Virus record (IMG/VR): IMGVR_UViG_2700989507_000026
DNA length: 11,629 nucleotides
From: a virus
Lineage: Duplodnaviria; Heunggongvirae; Uroviricota; Caudoviricetes
Reading direction: 5' to 3' (one strand)
The translations under genes and the position numbers were made by a program. Positions 1 to 8,495 of this stretch are shown piece by piece. The notes under the pieces are model-generated. The model worked only from the letters and a program-made list of their open reading frames with translations. It was not told the origin of the DNA and ran no database searches. How positions within the stretch are numbered: position 1 is the first letter of the stretch; each line of letters begins with the position of its first letter.

Positions 1-72
1 GCCCTGACTTTCCAGAACCATACGGACTGCCCGTTGACGGACTTCAGGGGAAAAACGAGTATTTTTAGTCAT
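1..72 (-). CDS. IS3-family transposase OrfA, N-terminal 24 codons only (runs off the window)
   Basis: Minus-strand ATG at 72-70 preceded by AGGTAAACAGG; translation MTKNTRFSPEVRQRAVRMVLESQG matches the IS629 OrfA N-terminus as I remember it. Confidence 0.7.
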   Translation of the reverse strand, partial: MTKNTRFSPEVRQRAVRMVLESQG

Positions 73-126
73 CCTGTTTACCTCTTTCTCAGGAAGTTTA
101 GTCTCCAGGATTCCCGGGGCGGTTCA
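1..126 (-). mobile_element. Left end of an IS3-family insertion sequence (IS629/IS1203-like), truncated by the window edge; terminal inverted repeat ends at 126
   Basis: Reverse complement of 57-126 reads TGAACCGCCCCGGGAATCCTGGAGACTAAAC...AGGTAAACAGGATGACTAAAAATAC, which I recognise as the IS629 left end and start of orfA; lambda O homology stops abruptly at this point. Confidence 0.75.
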
Positions 127-631
127 GGTCAGAGGATTCGCCAGAATTCTCTGACGAATAATCTTTTCTATTTTCTTTTGTATTAGTGTCTTTTGTGTTC
201 CCCTGTTTTGAGGGATAGCAATCCCCCAATTTGAGGGATGTTTTATCCCTCGTTTTAGGGGATTTTCCCTCGTTTTGAGGGATACACCATTCTGAGATGT
301 TTTTATTTGGTCCAAACATGCCGCCTTGCTGCTTGATAATATTCATTCTGACGAGTTCTAACTTGGCTTCATTGCACCGTTTGACAGGTAACTTTGTAAT
401 CTCGCTAAGTTGAGAATCGGTGATTCTGTCCATTGGTTTATTCCACCCATAGGTTTTACGCAGAATGGCAAGCAGCACTTTAAACTGTCGCTTGGTCAGA
501 TCTGCGCCTGAATAAGCCTCAAGCAGCATATTTGATAGTCTGGCGTAACCATCATCGAGATCTGCCACATTACGCTCCTGTCCGGCAAAGTTACCTCTGC
601 CGAAGTTGAGTATTTTTGCTGTATTTGTCAT
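98..631 (-). CDS. O: Replication initiator O, C-terminally truncated by the IS insertion (about 168 native codons fused to 9 IS-derived codons LNRPGNPGD)
   Basis: N-terminus MTNTAKILNFGRGNFAGQERNVADLDDGYARL... is lambda O; ori iterons lie inside the ORF; reading frame runs into the IS inverted repeat and stops at 98; lambda O is about 299 aa. Confidence 0.85.
   Translation of the reverse strand: MTNTAKILNFGRGNFAGQERNVADLDDGYARLSNMLLEAYSGADLTKRQFKVLLAILRKTYGWNKPMDRITDSQLSEITKLPVKRCNEAKLELVRMNIIKQQGGMFGPNKNISEWCIPQNEGKSPKTRDKTSLKLGDCYPSKQGNTKDTNTKENRKDYSSENSGESSDLNRPGNPGD
199..284. repeat. ori-lambda iterons: four direct repeats of about 18-19 bp (O-binding sites), followed at 130-198 by the AT-rich unwinding region
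   Basis: Four copies of the tCCCTCnnnTTGAGGGAt-type motif at about 199-216, 221-239, 245-263 and 267-284, inside the O coding region. Confidence 0.9.
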
Positions 632-641
632 AATGACTCCT

Positions 642-717
642 GTTGATAGTTCCAGTAATAACCTCAGAATTCCATCTGGATTTGTTCAGAACGCTCGGTT
701 GCCGCCGGGCGTTTTTT
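642..717 (+). ncRNA. oop: oop-like antisense RNA overlapping the 3' end of cII, ending at an intrinsic terminator
   Basis: GC-rich hairpin CGGTTGCCGCCGGGCG followed by TTTTTTATT at 698-720 on the + strand, antisense to the cII 3' end; candidate -10 CATAAT near 629-634. 5' end is approximate. Confidence 0.55.
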
Positions 718-957
718 ATTGGTGAGAATCGAAGCAACTTGTCGTGCCAATCGAGCCATGTCGTCGTCGACGACACCCCATTCAAGAACAGCAAGCAGCA
801 TTGAGAACTTTGGAATCCAATCCCTCTTCCACCTGCTGATCTGCGACTTATCAACTCCCACAGCTTCCGCTGTCTTCTCAGTTCCAAGCATTGCGATTTT
901 GTTAAGCAACGCACTCTCGATTCGTAGAGCCTCGTTGCGTTTGTTTGCACGAACCAT
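664..957 (-). CDS. cII: Transcriptional activator CII (97 aa)
   Basis: Translation from internal Met MVRANKRNEALRIESALLNKIAMLGTEKTAEAVGVDKSQISRWKRDWIPKFSMLLAVLEWGVVDDDMARLARQVASILTNKKRPAATERSEQIQMEF matches lambda CII; the longer ORF in the track (to 1017) is an upstream in-frame extension. Confidence 0.93.
   Translation of the reverse strand: MVRANKRNEALRIESALLNKIAMLGTEKTAEAVGVDKSQISRWKRDWIPKFSMLLAVLEWGVVDDDMARLARQVASILTNKKRPAATERSEQIQMEF
935..948 (+). promoter_or_regulatory. CII-binding site of pRE (TTGC-N6-TTGC) overlapping the cII start; pRE fires in the + direction toward cI
   Basis: TTGCgtttgtTTGC at 935-948 on the + strand, the classical CII recognition repeat. Confidence 0.8.
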
Positions 958-1036
958 ATGTAAGTATTTCCTTAGATAACAATTGATTGAATGTATGCAA
1001 ATAAATGCATACACCATAGGTGTGGTTTATTTTGAT

Positions 1037-1068
1037 GCCCTTTTTCAGGGCTGGGATGTGTAAGAGCG
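1037..1068 (-). promoter_or_regulatory. nutR (boxA CGCTCTTA and boxB GCCCTGAAAAAGGGC hairpin) between cro and cII
   Basis: Reverse complement of 1037-1068 gives CGCTCTTACACATCCCAGCCCTGAAAAAGGGC. Confidence 0.85.
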
Positions 1069-1076
1069 GGAATGTC

Positions 1077-2429
<1,353 letters not shown>

Positions 2430-2479
2430 TCCCCACCTCAATCTCGATAACAAAAAAACAAACTATTTTCCGTTTAAAA

Positions 2480-2553
2480 ACAATGGAGTTTGTTTTTCAC
2501 GTCCCTTTTTTACAATATTTCTTGTTTACAACATACAATCTTCCTTGTAATTT
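2480..2553 (+). promoter_or_regulatory. Left operator OL3-OL2-OL1 (434 type) with PL firing in the + direction
   Basis: ACAATGGAGTTTGT (2480-2493), ACAATATTTCTTGT (2512-2525), ACAATCTTCCTTGT (2535-2548); candidate -35 TTTACA at 2525-2530; the -10 is uncertain. Confidence 0.8.
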
Positions 2554-2594
2554 TAAGCCATCAGCAGGACGCACTGACCACCATTGAAGGTGAG

Positions 2595-2624
2595 GCTCTT
2601 AAAAATTAAGCCCTGAAGAAGGGC
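2595..2624 (+). promoter_or_regulatory. nutL (boxA-like GCTCTTA and boxB GCCCTGAAGAAGGGC)
   Basis: GGCTCTTAAAAATTAAGCCCTGAAGAAGGGC; boxB is canonical for lambda nutL, boxA has one mismatch to CGCTCTTA. Confidence 0.85.
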
Positions 2625-2781
2625 AGCATTCAAAGCAGAAGGCTTTGGTGTGTGTGATACGAAACGAAGCATTGGCCGGAAGTGCGAATCCGGATTAGCT
2701 GCCAATGTGCCATTGCGGGGTGTTTTCGTTCAGGACTACGACTCCCACACACAACCAAAGCTAACTGACAGGAGAATCCAG

Positions 2782-3105
2782 ATGGATGCACAAACACGCC
2801 GCCGCGAACGTCGCGCAGAGAAACAGGCTCAATGGAAAGCAGCAAATCCCCTGTTGGTTGGGGTAAGCGCTAAACCAGTTAACCGCCCTATTCTCTCGCT
2901 GAATCGCAAACCGAAATCACGAGTAGAAAGCGCACTGAATCCGATAGACCTTACGGTGCTGGCTGAATACCACGAACAGATTGAAAGCAACCTGCAACGT
3001 ATTGAGCGCAAGAATCATCGAGTTTGGTATAGCAAGCCAGGTGAGTTCGGTATAACTTGTCAAGGAAGACAAAAGGTTAAAGGGGAATCCATTCCATTGG
3101 CATGA
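2782..3105 (+). CDS. N: Antitermination protein N (107 aa), lambda-like with several substitutions
   Basis: MDAQTRRRERRAEKQAQWKAANPLLVGVSAKPVNRPILSLNRKPKSRVESALNPIDLTVLAEYH...; RBS GGAGA at 2771-2775; track ORF 2650-3105 is an upstream extension through nutL. Confidence 0.92.
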   Translation: MDAQTRRRERRAEKQAQWKAANPLLVGVSAKPVNRPILSLNRKPKSRVESALNPIDLTVLAEYHEQIESNLQRIERKNHRVWYSKPGEFGITCQGRQKVKGESIPLA

Positions 3106-3113
3106 GGTACGTA

Positions 3114-3983
3114 ATGAAGAAGATTGATTACAAGTCCATACCAAAACCAATAGACTCAGCATCAGAGCGAAAAAAACACAAAAAAGAGGCTGAAAAATTA
3201 GCAAATTATATCAGTTTTATTAGAAACAATGCTCACGGCGATGGCGACAAGAAGTTGCTTTCAGATGCTCGGACCCAAGCGTTCGGTATACTTCGTAAGC
3301 AGATGCAATATCGTCTTCATCCTGGCTACATAATTGAAATTCGCCCTACTGAAAGACAATTGTTCTTATTAAACTCTGTCTTTGACTTTGTAAACGTAGT
3401 TGGAGATCTTATCGACAGGTCTGTAGATAAGGATCCTGATACAAATAGTTTTCTTCTAACAAATAAAGAATACTTATATGGTAAATTCGGTATAAACGGA
3501 TGGCAAAAATATGTACGCTTCTTACGTGCATTCGTTGATGCGTATAAAAATTCCGACATGATTTATACATATTTGCCTGGTGGTGATAATTGTACGCTTT
3601 CGGCAGACAATAGAATATTCATACCTGTACTTGGTCTTGGGCTGATTAATGCAGTAAATGAAAAAGATGTTATAATTGTTAAGCAGTGGCGAAAATATGA
3701 GGGATATAGATATCTGCCATGCTTTGATATATTAAAAATACAGAATAAATTCTATGTAAAAATTAAATATAAAGAAGATATTTTCTTCCTCAGAAAAAAC
3801 AAAGATCTTTTACAAGAACTTTCTGGTACAATAGATGTCATCTTAGGTTCTAGGTTTATAAAAGAACTGAAAGAAAGCAGGTCTTTCTCTCGTGTAGAGA
3901 TAAGCGAGTCAGAGTTATGGGGTATATCAAATAATCCTGTAAACCACGCTCACCAACGAAACCCAAACAAAAAGTGGTCATAA
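3114..3983 (+). CDS. Hypothetical protein (289 aa), AT-rich accessory gene in the N-ea10 interval where lambda carries ral/orf28/sieB; candidate exclusion or abortive-infection function
   Basis: Long ORF with SD GAGG 5 nt upstream of ATG 3114 (alternative ATG at 3102 overlaps the N stop); clearly lower GC than neighbours; no recognisable family or catalytic motif. Confidence 0.65.
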   Translation: MKKIDYKSIPKPIDSASERKKHKKEAEKLANYISFIRNNAHGDGDKKLLSDARTQAFGILRKQMQYRLHPGYIIEIRPTERQLFLLNSVFDFVNVVGDLIDRSVDKDPDTNSFLLTNKEYLYGKFGINGWQKYVRFLRAFVDAYKNSDMIYTYLPGGDNCTLSADNRIFIPVLGLGLINAVNEKDVIIVKQWRKYEGYRYLPCFDILKIQNKFYVKIKYKEDIFFLRKNKDLLQELSGTIDVILGSRFIKELKESRSFSRVEISESELWGISNNPVNHAHQRNPNKKWS

Positions 3984-4125
3984 CCCGCTCAGGCGGATTT
4001 CATTTTCACGCAAACAACAGAATAAACACAGCGCTGTGTATTCATTCCAACGAGTGAATACACGGAGCAATGTCGCTCGTAACTAAACAGGAGCCGACTT
4101 GTTCTGATTATTGGAAATCTTCTTT

Positions 4126-4151
4126 GCCCTCCAAGATGAGGGCGATTTTTT
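4126..4151 (+). terminator. Intrinsic terminator upstream of ea10 (tL-type, would be overridden by N antitermination)
   Basis: GCCCTC-caagat-GAGGGC hairpin followed by GATTTTTTAT. Confidence 0.6.
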
Positions 4152-4171
4152 ATCTGTGAGGATATGAACAG

Positions 4172-4540
4172 ATGTCAAACATCAAAAAATACATCATTGA
4201 TTACGACTGGAAAGCATCAATAGAAATTGAAATCGACCATGACGTAATGACAGAGGAAAAACTTCACCAGATTAATAATTTCTGGTCAGACTCTGAATAC
4301 CGACTCAATAAACACGGCTCTGTATTAAATGCTGTATTAATCATGCTGGCGCAACATGCTCTGCTTATAGCAATTTCAAGCGACTTAAATGCATATGGTG
4401 TTGTGTGTGAGTTCGACTGGAATGATGGAAATGGTCAGGAAGGATGGCCTCCAATGGATGGTAGTGAAGGAATAAGAATTACCGATATCGATACATCAGA
4501 AATATTTGATTCAGATGATATGACTATCAAGGCCGCCTGA
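4172..4540 (+). CDS. ea10: Ea10 (lambda Ssb-like early protein, 122 aa)
   Basis: MSNIKKYIIDYDWKASIEIEIDHDVMTEEKLHQINNFWSDSEYRLNKHGSVLNAVLIMLAQHALL... matches lambda Ea10. Confidence 0.9.
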   Translation: MSNIKKYIIDYDWKASIEIEIDHDVMTEEKLHQINNFWSDSEYRLNKHGSVLNAVLIMLAQHALLIAISSDLNAYGVVCEFDWNDGNGQEGWPPMDGSEGIRITDIDTSEIFDSDDMTIKAA

Positions 4541-4612
4541 GCGCGGCGTTACCGCATACCAATTACGCTTCACTCGAGGCGTTTTTCGTTATGTATAAAT
4601 AAGGAGCACACC

Positions 4613-4777
4613 ATGCAATATGCCATTGCAGGGTGGCCTGTTGCTGGCTGCCCTTCCGAATCTTTACTTGAACGAATCACCCGTAAATTACGTGACGGAT
4701 GGAAACGCCTTATCGACATACTTAATCAGCCAGGAGTCCCAAAAAATGGATCAAACAATTATGGCTATCCAGACTAA
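4613..4777 (+). CDS. cIII: CIII (54 aa; FtsH inhibitor that stabilises CII)
   Basis: [54 protein letters not shown]; RBS AAGGAG at 4601-4606; below the ORF-track length cutoff, found by hand. Confidence 0.92.
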   Translation: MQYAIAGWPVAGCPSESLLERITRKLRDGWKRLIDILNQPGVPKNGSNNYGYPD

Positions 4778-4889
4778 ATTCACTATCGCCACTTTTATTG
4801 GCGATGAAAAGATGTTTCGTGAGGCCGTCGACGCTTATAAAAAATGGATATTAATACTGAAACTGAGATCAAGCAAAAGCATTCACTAA
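4746..4889 (+). CDS. kil: Kil (47 aa; host cell-division inhibitor)
   Basis: [47 protein letters not shown] matches lambda Kil; start overlaps the cIII 3' end. Confidence 0.9.
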   Translation: MDQTIMAIQTKFTIATFIGDEKMFREAVDAYKKWILILKLRSSKSIH

Positions 4890-5259
4890 CCCCCTTTCCT
4901 GTTTTCCTAATCAGCCCGGCATTTCGCGGGCGATATTTTCACAGCTATTTCAGGAGTTCGGCCATGAACGCTTATTACATTCAGGATCGTCTTGAGGCTC
5001 AGAGCTGGGCGCGTCACTACCAGCAGATAGCCCGTGAAGAGAAAGAGGCAGAACTGGCAGACGACATGGAAAAAGGCCTGCCCCACACCTGTTTGAATCG
5101 CTATGCATCGGTCATTTGCAACGCCACGGGGCCAGCAAAAAAGCCATTACCCGTGCGTTTGATGACGATGTTGAGTTTCAGGAGCGCATGGCAGAACACA
5201 TCCGGTACATGGTTGAAACCATTGCTCACCATCAGGTTGATATTGATTCAGAGGTATAA
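4844..5259 (+). pseudogene. gam: gam (RecBCD inhibitor) with a single-base frameshift near 5085; the canonical C-terminus is in the +1 frame
   Basis: Frame 1 gives [80 protein letters not shown] then diverges and runs through the bet start; the +1 frame from about 5086 reads [57 protein letters not shown] and ends at 5259, six nt before bet. Confidence 0.8.
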
Positions 5260-5264
5260 AACGG

Positions 5265-6050
5265 ATGAGTACAGCACTCGCAACGCTGGCAGGGAAGCTG
5301 GCTGAACGTGTCGGCATGGATTCTGTCGACCCACAGGAACTGATCACCACTCTTCGCCAGACGGCATTTAAAGGCGATGCCAGCGATGCGCAGTTCATCG
5401 CATTGTTGATCGTCGCCAACCAGTACGGCCTTAATCCGTGGACGAAAGAAATTTACGCCTTCCCTGATAAGCAGAACGGCATCGTTCCGGTGGTGGGCGT
5501 TGATGGCTGGTCCCGCATCATCAATGAAAACCAGCAGTTTGATGGCATGGACTTTGAGCAGGACAATGAATCCTGTACATGCCGGATTTACCGCAAGGAC
5601 CGTAATCATCCGATCTGCGTTACCGAATGGATGGATGAATGCCGCCGCGAACCATTCAAAACCCGCGAAGGCAGAGAAATCACGGGGCCGTGGCAGTCGC
5701 ATCCTAAACGGATGTTACGGCATAAAGCCATGATTCAGTGTGCCCGTCTGGCCTTCGGATTTGCTGGTATCTATGACAAGGATGAAGCCGAGCGCATTGT
5801 CGAAAATACTGCATACACTGCAGAACGCCAGCCGGAACGCGACATCACTCCGGTTAACGATGAAACCATGCAGGAGATTAACACTCTGCTAATCGCCCTG
5901 GATAAAACATGGGATGACGACTTATTGCCGCTCTGTTCCCAGATATTTCGCCGCGACATTCGCGCATCGTCAGAACTGACACAGGCCGAAGCAGTGAAAG
6001 CTCTTGGATTCCTGAAACAGAAAGCCACTGAGCAGAAGGTGGCAGCATGA
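5265..6050 (+). CDS. bet: Bet (Red-beta single-strand annealing recombinase, 261 aa)
   Basis: [68 protein letters not shown]... matches lambda Bet. Confidence 0.95.
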   Translation: MSTALATLAGKLAERVGMDSVDPQELITTLRQTAFKGDASDAQFIALLIVANQYGLNPWTKEIYAFPDKQNGIVPVVGVDGWSRIINENQQFDGMDFEQDNESCTCRIYRKDRNHPICVTEWMDECRREPFKTREGREITGPWQSHPKRMLRHKAMIQCARLAFGFAGIYDKDEAERIVENTAYTAERQPERDITPVNDETMQEINTLLIALDKTWDDDLLPLCSQIFRRDIRASSELTQAEAVKALGFLKQKATEQKVAA

Positions 6051-6727
6051 CACCGGACATTATCCTGCAGCGTACCGGGATCGACGTGAGAGCTGTCGAA
6101 CAGGGGGATGATGCATGGCACAAATTACGGCTCGGCGTCATCACCGCTTCAGAAGTTCACAACGTGATAGCAAAGCCCCGCTCAGGAAAGAAGTGGCCTG
6201 ACATGAAAATGTCCTACTTCCACACCCTGCTGGCTGAGGTTTGCACCGGTGTGGCTCCGGAAGTTAATGCTAAGGCGCTGGCCTGGGGAAAACAGTACGA
6301 GAACGACGCCAGAACCCTGTTTGAATTCACTTCCGGCGTGAATGTTACTGAATCCCCGATCATCTATCGCGACGAAAGTATGCGCACCGCCTGCTCTCCC
6401 GATGGTTTATGCAGTGACGGCAACGGCCTTGAGCTGAAATGCCCGTTTACCTCCCGGGATTTCATGAAGTTCAGGCTCGGTGGTTTCGAGGCCATAAAGT
6501 CGGCTTACATGGCCCAGGTGCAGTACAGCATGTGGGTGACGCGAAAAGATGCCTGGTACTTTGCCAACTATGACCCGCGTATGAAGCGTGAAGGCCTGCA
6601 TTATGTCGTGGTTGAGCGGGATGAAAAGTACATGGCGGGTTTTGACGAGATGGTGCCGGAGTTCATCGAAAAAATGGACGAGGCACTGGCTGAAATTGGT
6701 TTTGTATTTGGGGAGCAATGGCGATGA
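6047..6727 (+). CDS. exo: Exo (Red-alpha 5'-3' exonuclease, 226 aa)
   Basis: [68 protein letters not shown]... matches lambda Exo; start overlaps the bet stop. Confidence 0.95.
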   Translation: MTPDIILQRTGIDVRAVEQGDDAWHKLRLGVITASEVHNVIAKPRSGKKWPDMKMSYFHTLLAEVCTGVAPEVNAKALAWGKQYENDARTLFEFTSGVNVTESPIIYRDESMRTACSPDGLCSDGNGLELKCPFTSRDFMKFRLGGFEAIKSAYMAQVQYSMWVTRKDAWYFANYDPRMKREGLHYVVVERDEKYMAGFDEMVPEFIEKMDEALAEIGFVFGEQWR

Positions 6728-6906
6728 AGCATCCTCACGATAATATCCGCGTAGGCACGATCACTTTCGTCTACTCCGTTACGAAGCGAGGCTGGGTATT
6801 TCCCGGCCTTTCTGTTATCCGAAATCCGCTGAAAGCCCAGCGGCTGGCTGAGGAGATAAATAATAAACGGGAGGCGATATGCACAAAGCATCTCCTGTTG
6901 AGTTAA
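6718..6906 (+). CDS. Lambda orf60a-like small protein (62 aa)
   Basis: [62 protein letters not shown]; immediately after exo as in lambda. Confidence 0.75.
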   Translation: MAMKHPHDNIRVGTITFVYSVTKRGWVFPGLSVIRNPLKAQRLAEEINNKREAICTKHLLLS

Positions 6907-7070
6907 GAACGAGTATTGAGATGGCACATAGCCTTGCTCAAATTGGAGTCAGGTTTGTGCCAATACCAGTAGAAACAGACGAAGAATTTCATACGTTAGC
7001 CACATCCCTTTCGCAAAAGCTGGAAATGATGGTGGCGAAAGCAGAAGCAGATGAGAGAGACCTGGTATGA
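6879..7070 (+). CDS. Lambda orf63-like small protein (63 aa)
   Basis: [63 protein letters not shown]; overlaps the orf60a end as in lambda. Confidence 0.75.
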   Translation: MHKASPVELRTSIEMAHSLAQIGVRFVPIPVETDEEFHTLATSLSQKLEMMVAKAEADERDLV

Positions 7071-7150
7071 CAACCACTGAATGCATTTTTCTGGCAGCGG
7101 GCTTCATATTCTGTGTGCTTATGCTTGCCGACATGGGACTTGTTCAATGA
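7067..7150 (+). CDS. Small hydrophobic peptide (27 aa), possible single-pass membrane peptide
   Basis: ATGA overlap with the preceding stop; MTTTECIFLAAGFIFCVLMLADMGLVQ; its stop overlaps the next ATG (ATGA), suggesting a translationally coupled chain. Confidence 0.4.
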   Translation: MTTTECIFLAAGFIFCVLMLADMGLVQ

Positions 7151-7362
7151 CACCTCAGCAAGAAAACGCCCTTCGCAGTATTGCCCGTCAGGCTAATTCT
7201 GAAATCAAAAAAGCCAGACAGCAGTTTCCGGATAAAAACGTCGATGACATTTGCCGTAGCGTACTGAAGAAGCACCGCGAAACGGTAACGCTGATGGGAT
7301 TCACACCGACTCATTTAAGCCTGGCGATCGGCATGTTAAACGGCGTCTTTAAGGAACGGTGA
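7147..7362 (+). CDS. Hypothetical small protein (71 aa), early-left-operon gene of unknown function
   Basis: MTPQQENALRSIARQANSEIKKARQQFPDKNVDDICRSVLKKHRETVTLMGFTPTHLSLAIGMLNGVFKER; good coding texture, start coupled to the upstream peptide. Confidence 0.6.
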   Translation: MTPQQENALRSIARQANSEIKKARQQFPDKNVDDICRSVLKKHRETVTLMGFTPTHLSLAIGMLNGVFKER

Positions 7363-7382
7363 GCATGAAAAGCAAAATCATC

Positions 7383-7406
7383 AGGGAGCTACAGGCTCCT
7401 TTTTTA
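7383..7406 (+). terminator. Intrinsic terminator (tL-type)
   Basis: AGGGAGC-tacag-GCTCC hairpin followed by TTTTTT at 7400-7405. Confidence 0.6.
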
Positions 7407-7460
7407 TTGTTCGCATTCACCCTCAAGCGTATTAACCAACAATTCAGGGATTAATGGAAG

Positions 7461-7682
7461 ATGGCAGACATCATTGATTCAGCATCAGAAATTGAAGAAT
7501 TACAGCGCAACACAGCAATAAAAATGCGCCGCCTGAACCACCAGGCTATATCTGCCACTCATTGTTGTGAGTGTGGCGATCCCATAGATGAGCGAAGACG
7601 CCTGGCCGTTCAGGGTTGTCGGACTTGTGCAAGTTGCCAGGAGGATCTGGAACTTATCAGTAAACAGAGAGGTTCGAAGTGA
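7461..7682 (+). CDS. TraR/DksA-family C4 zinc-finger protein (73 aa), probable RNA-polymerase secondary-channel binder
   Basis: CxxC-N16-CxxC arrangement (CCECGDPIDERRRLAVQGCRTCASCQ) resembling F-plasmid TraR (CEACGNPIPEARRK...CVECQ). Confidence 0.8.
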   Translation: MADIIDSASEIEELQRNTAIKMRRLNHQAISATHCCECGDPIDERRRLAVQGCRTCASCQEDLELISKQRGSK

Positions 7683-7834
7683 GCGAAATTAACTAGAAGC
7701 CAAAGATAAAATCATCGCTGAGCAGGAGAAAATCGCTAACGGAGAAAAGACAGTAAGTCAGTATATGAAAACCGCATGATATCATCAGATAAAAATCGAT
7801 CGTAAAGCGAAATATTAATACCAGAATAAACGAG

Positions 7835-7858
7835 TCGAGGTAAATTATATTACCTCGA
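7835..7858 (-). terminator. Probable terminator for the minus-strand membrane-protein gene
   Basis: Perfect 9-bp inverted repeat TCGAGGTAA-attata-TTACCTCGA 35 nt beyond the stop at 7893; on the minus strand it is followed by CTCGTTTATT. Confidence 0.45.
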
Positions 7859-7892
7859 TAAATTAACTAAAACTTGCCCGCTATATACTATC

Positions 7893-8495
7893 TCATTCAG
7901 TATCATCACGCGCGGTCTGTGCATATGTTACTACCGCACCTAATGTATTAATTTTCTTTTCAACATAGATAATATTATCGTACTCATAATTGCCATACGG
8001 ATAGCAAATGCGAATATTCTCATGTAGATCGGGGTCATCCACCTCAGCTCCAGAACAACTTTTTGAACTACCGGAAGTATACCGATACGGTGCAACATAA
8101 GACGATGTCTCTCCAGGCAAAAAATAAGTTAGTGTTGTAAGGGGTATAATCAGAAAAAATCCAGCAAATATGCACATCCCTGCATAAACCTTAAGGTATG
8201 CTGACAGACTCTTCCAGCCGCTTTGTTTTACTATCCCCTTCTTAACCCAAAACAGAGATAACAGAAAAGCTATTCCCATGCTAAACAGAATGTAATAGTG
8301 GGATATACTCTGATTAAGAAACGTGACCCTGTAAATATCTGCCCGCCACCAGAAGAAAAGGAAAATAAAGATCAGGCCTGAAACTGTCATGCAAATCAAA
8401 TAAGGATACGAATCTTTTTTCATGTTTAGCGCCCATAAAATTTTTCCTGCCCCGGACAAATTTACCATCCATTTTTTGCGCAGAAAATAGCTCAT
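7893..8495 (-). CDS. Hypothetical integral membrane protein (up to 200 aa; about 3 predicted TM helices plus a roughly 75-aa Cys-containing C-terminal domain), AT-rich, transcribed against the PL operon
   Basis: Hydrophobic segments YLICMTVSGLIFIFLFFWW, YYILFSMGIAFLLSLFWV, AGMCIFAGFFLIIPLTTLTYFL; only sizeable minus-strand ORF in the early-left region; start is ambiguous (Met codons at 8495, 8468, 8423); no family recognised. Confidence 0.6.
   Translation of the reverse strand: MSYFLRKKWMVNLSGAGKILWALNMKKDSYPYLICMTVSGLIFIFLFFWWRADIYRVTFLNQSISHYYILFSMGIAFLLSLFWVKKGIVKQSGWKSLSAYLKVYAGMCIFAGFFLIIPLTTLTYFLPGETSSYVAPYRYTSGSSKSCSGAEVDDPDLHENIRICYPYGNYEYDNIIYVEKKINTLGAVVTYAQTARDDTE

Noticed and set aside
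199-284. Tandem direct repeats that could be mistaken for a CRISPR-like array or minisatellite
   Set aside because: They are the four ori-lambda iterons inside gene O (O-binding sites), with the expected adjacent AT-rich region; there are no spacers and no cas genes.
1000-1026. Short hairpin ACACC-ata-GGTGT followed by GGTTTATTTT between cII and nutR
   Set aside because: Only a 5-bp stem. This region corresponds to the rho-dependent tR1 and nutR area in lambda, so I did not call a separate intrinsic terminator.
2650-2781. Upstream extension of N (MCDTKRSIGRKCESGLAANVPLRGVFVQDYDSHTQPKLTDRRIQ)
   Set aside because: It runs through nutL and the PL leader; the lambda N start (MDAQTRRRERR) with its own RBS is at 2782.
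4620-4745. First 42 codons of the 4620-4889 ORF (MPLQGGLLLAALPNLYLNESPVNYVTDGNALSTYLISQESQK)
   Set aside because: This is an out-of-frame read across cIII; the real products are cIII (4613-4777) and Kil, which starts at the internal Met at 4746.
5147-6144. Minus-strand ORFs of 77-156 aa overlapping gam, bet and exo (5147-5419, 5232-5702, 5771-6121, 5878-6144), plus the + strand 5500-5733 ORF
   Set aside because: They lie inside well-identified Red genes in the wrong strand or frame, with no RBS or start context; typical shadow ORFs.
6407-7134. Minus-strand ORFs 6407-6718, 6601-6927 and 6949-7134
   Set aside because: Antisense shadows of exo, orf60a and orf63; no independent support.
7365-7454. 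29-codon ORF MKSKIIRELQAPFLLFAFTLKRINQQFRD
   Set aside because: It spans the intrinsic terminator hairpin and U-tract at 7383-7406 and has no RBS; more likely non-coding.
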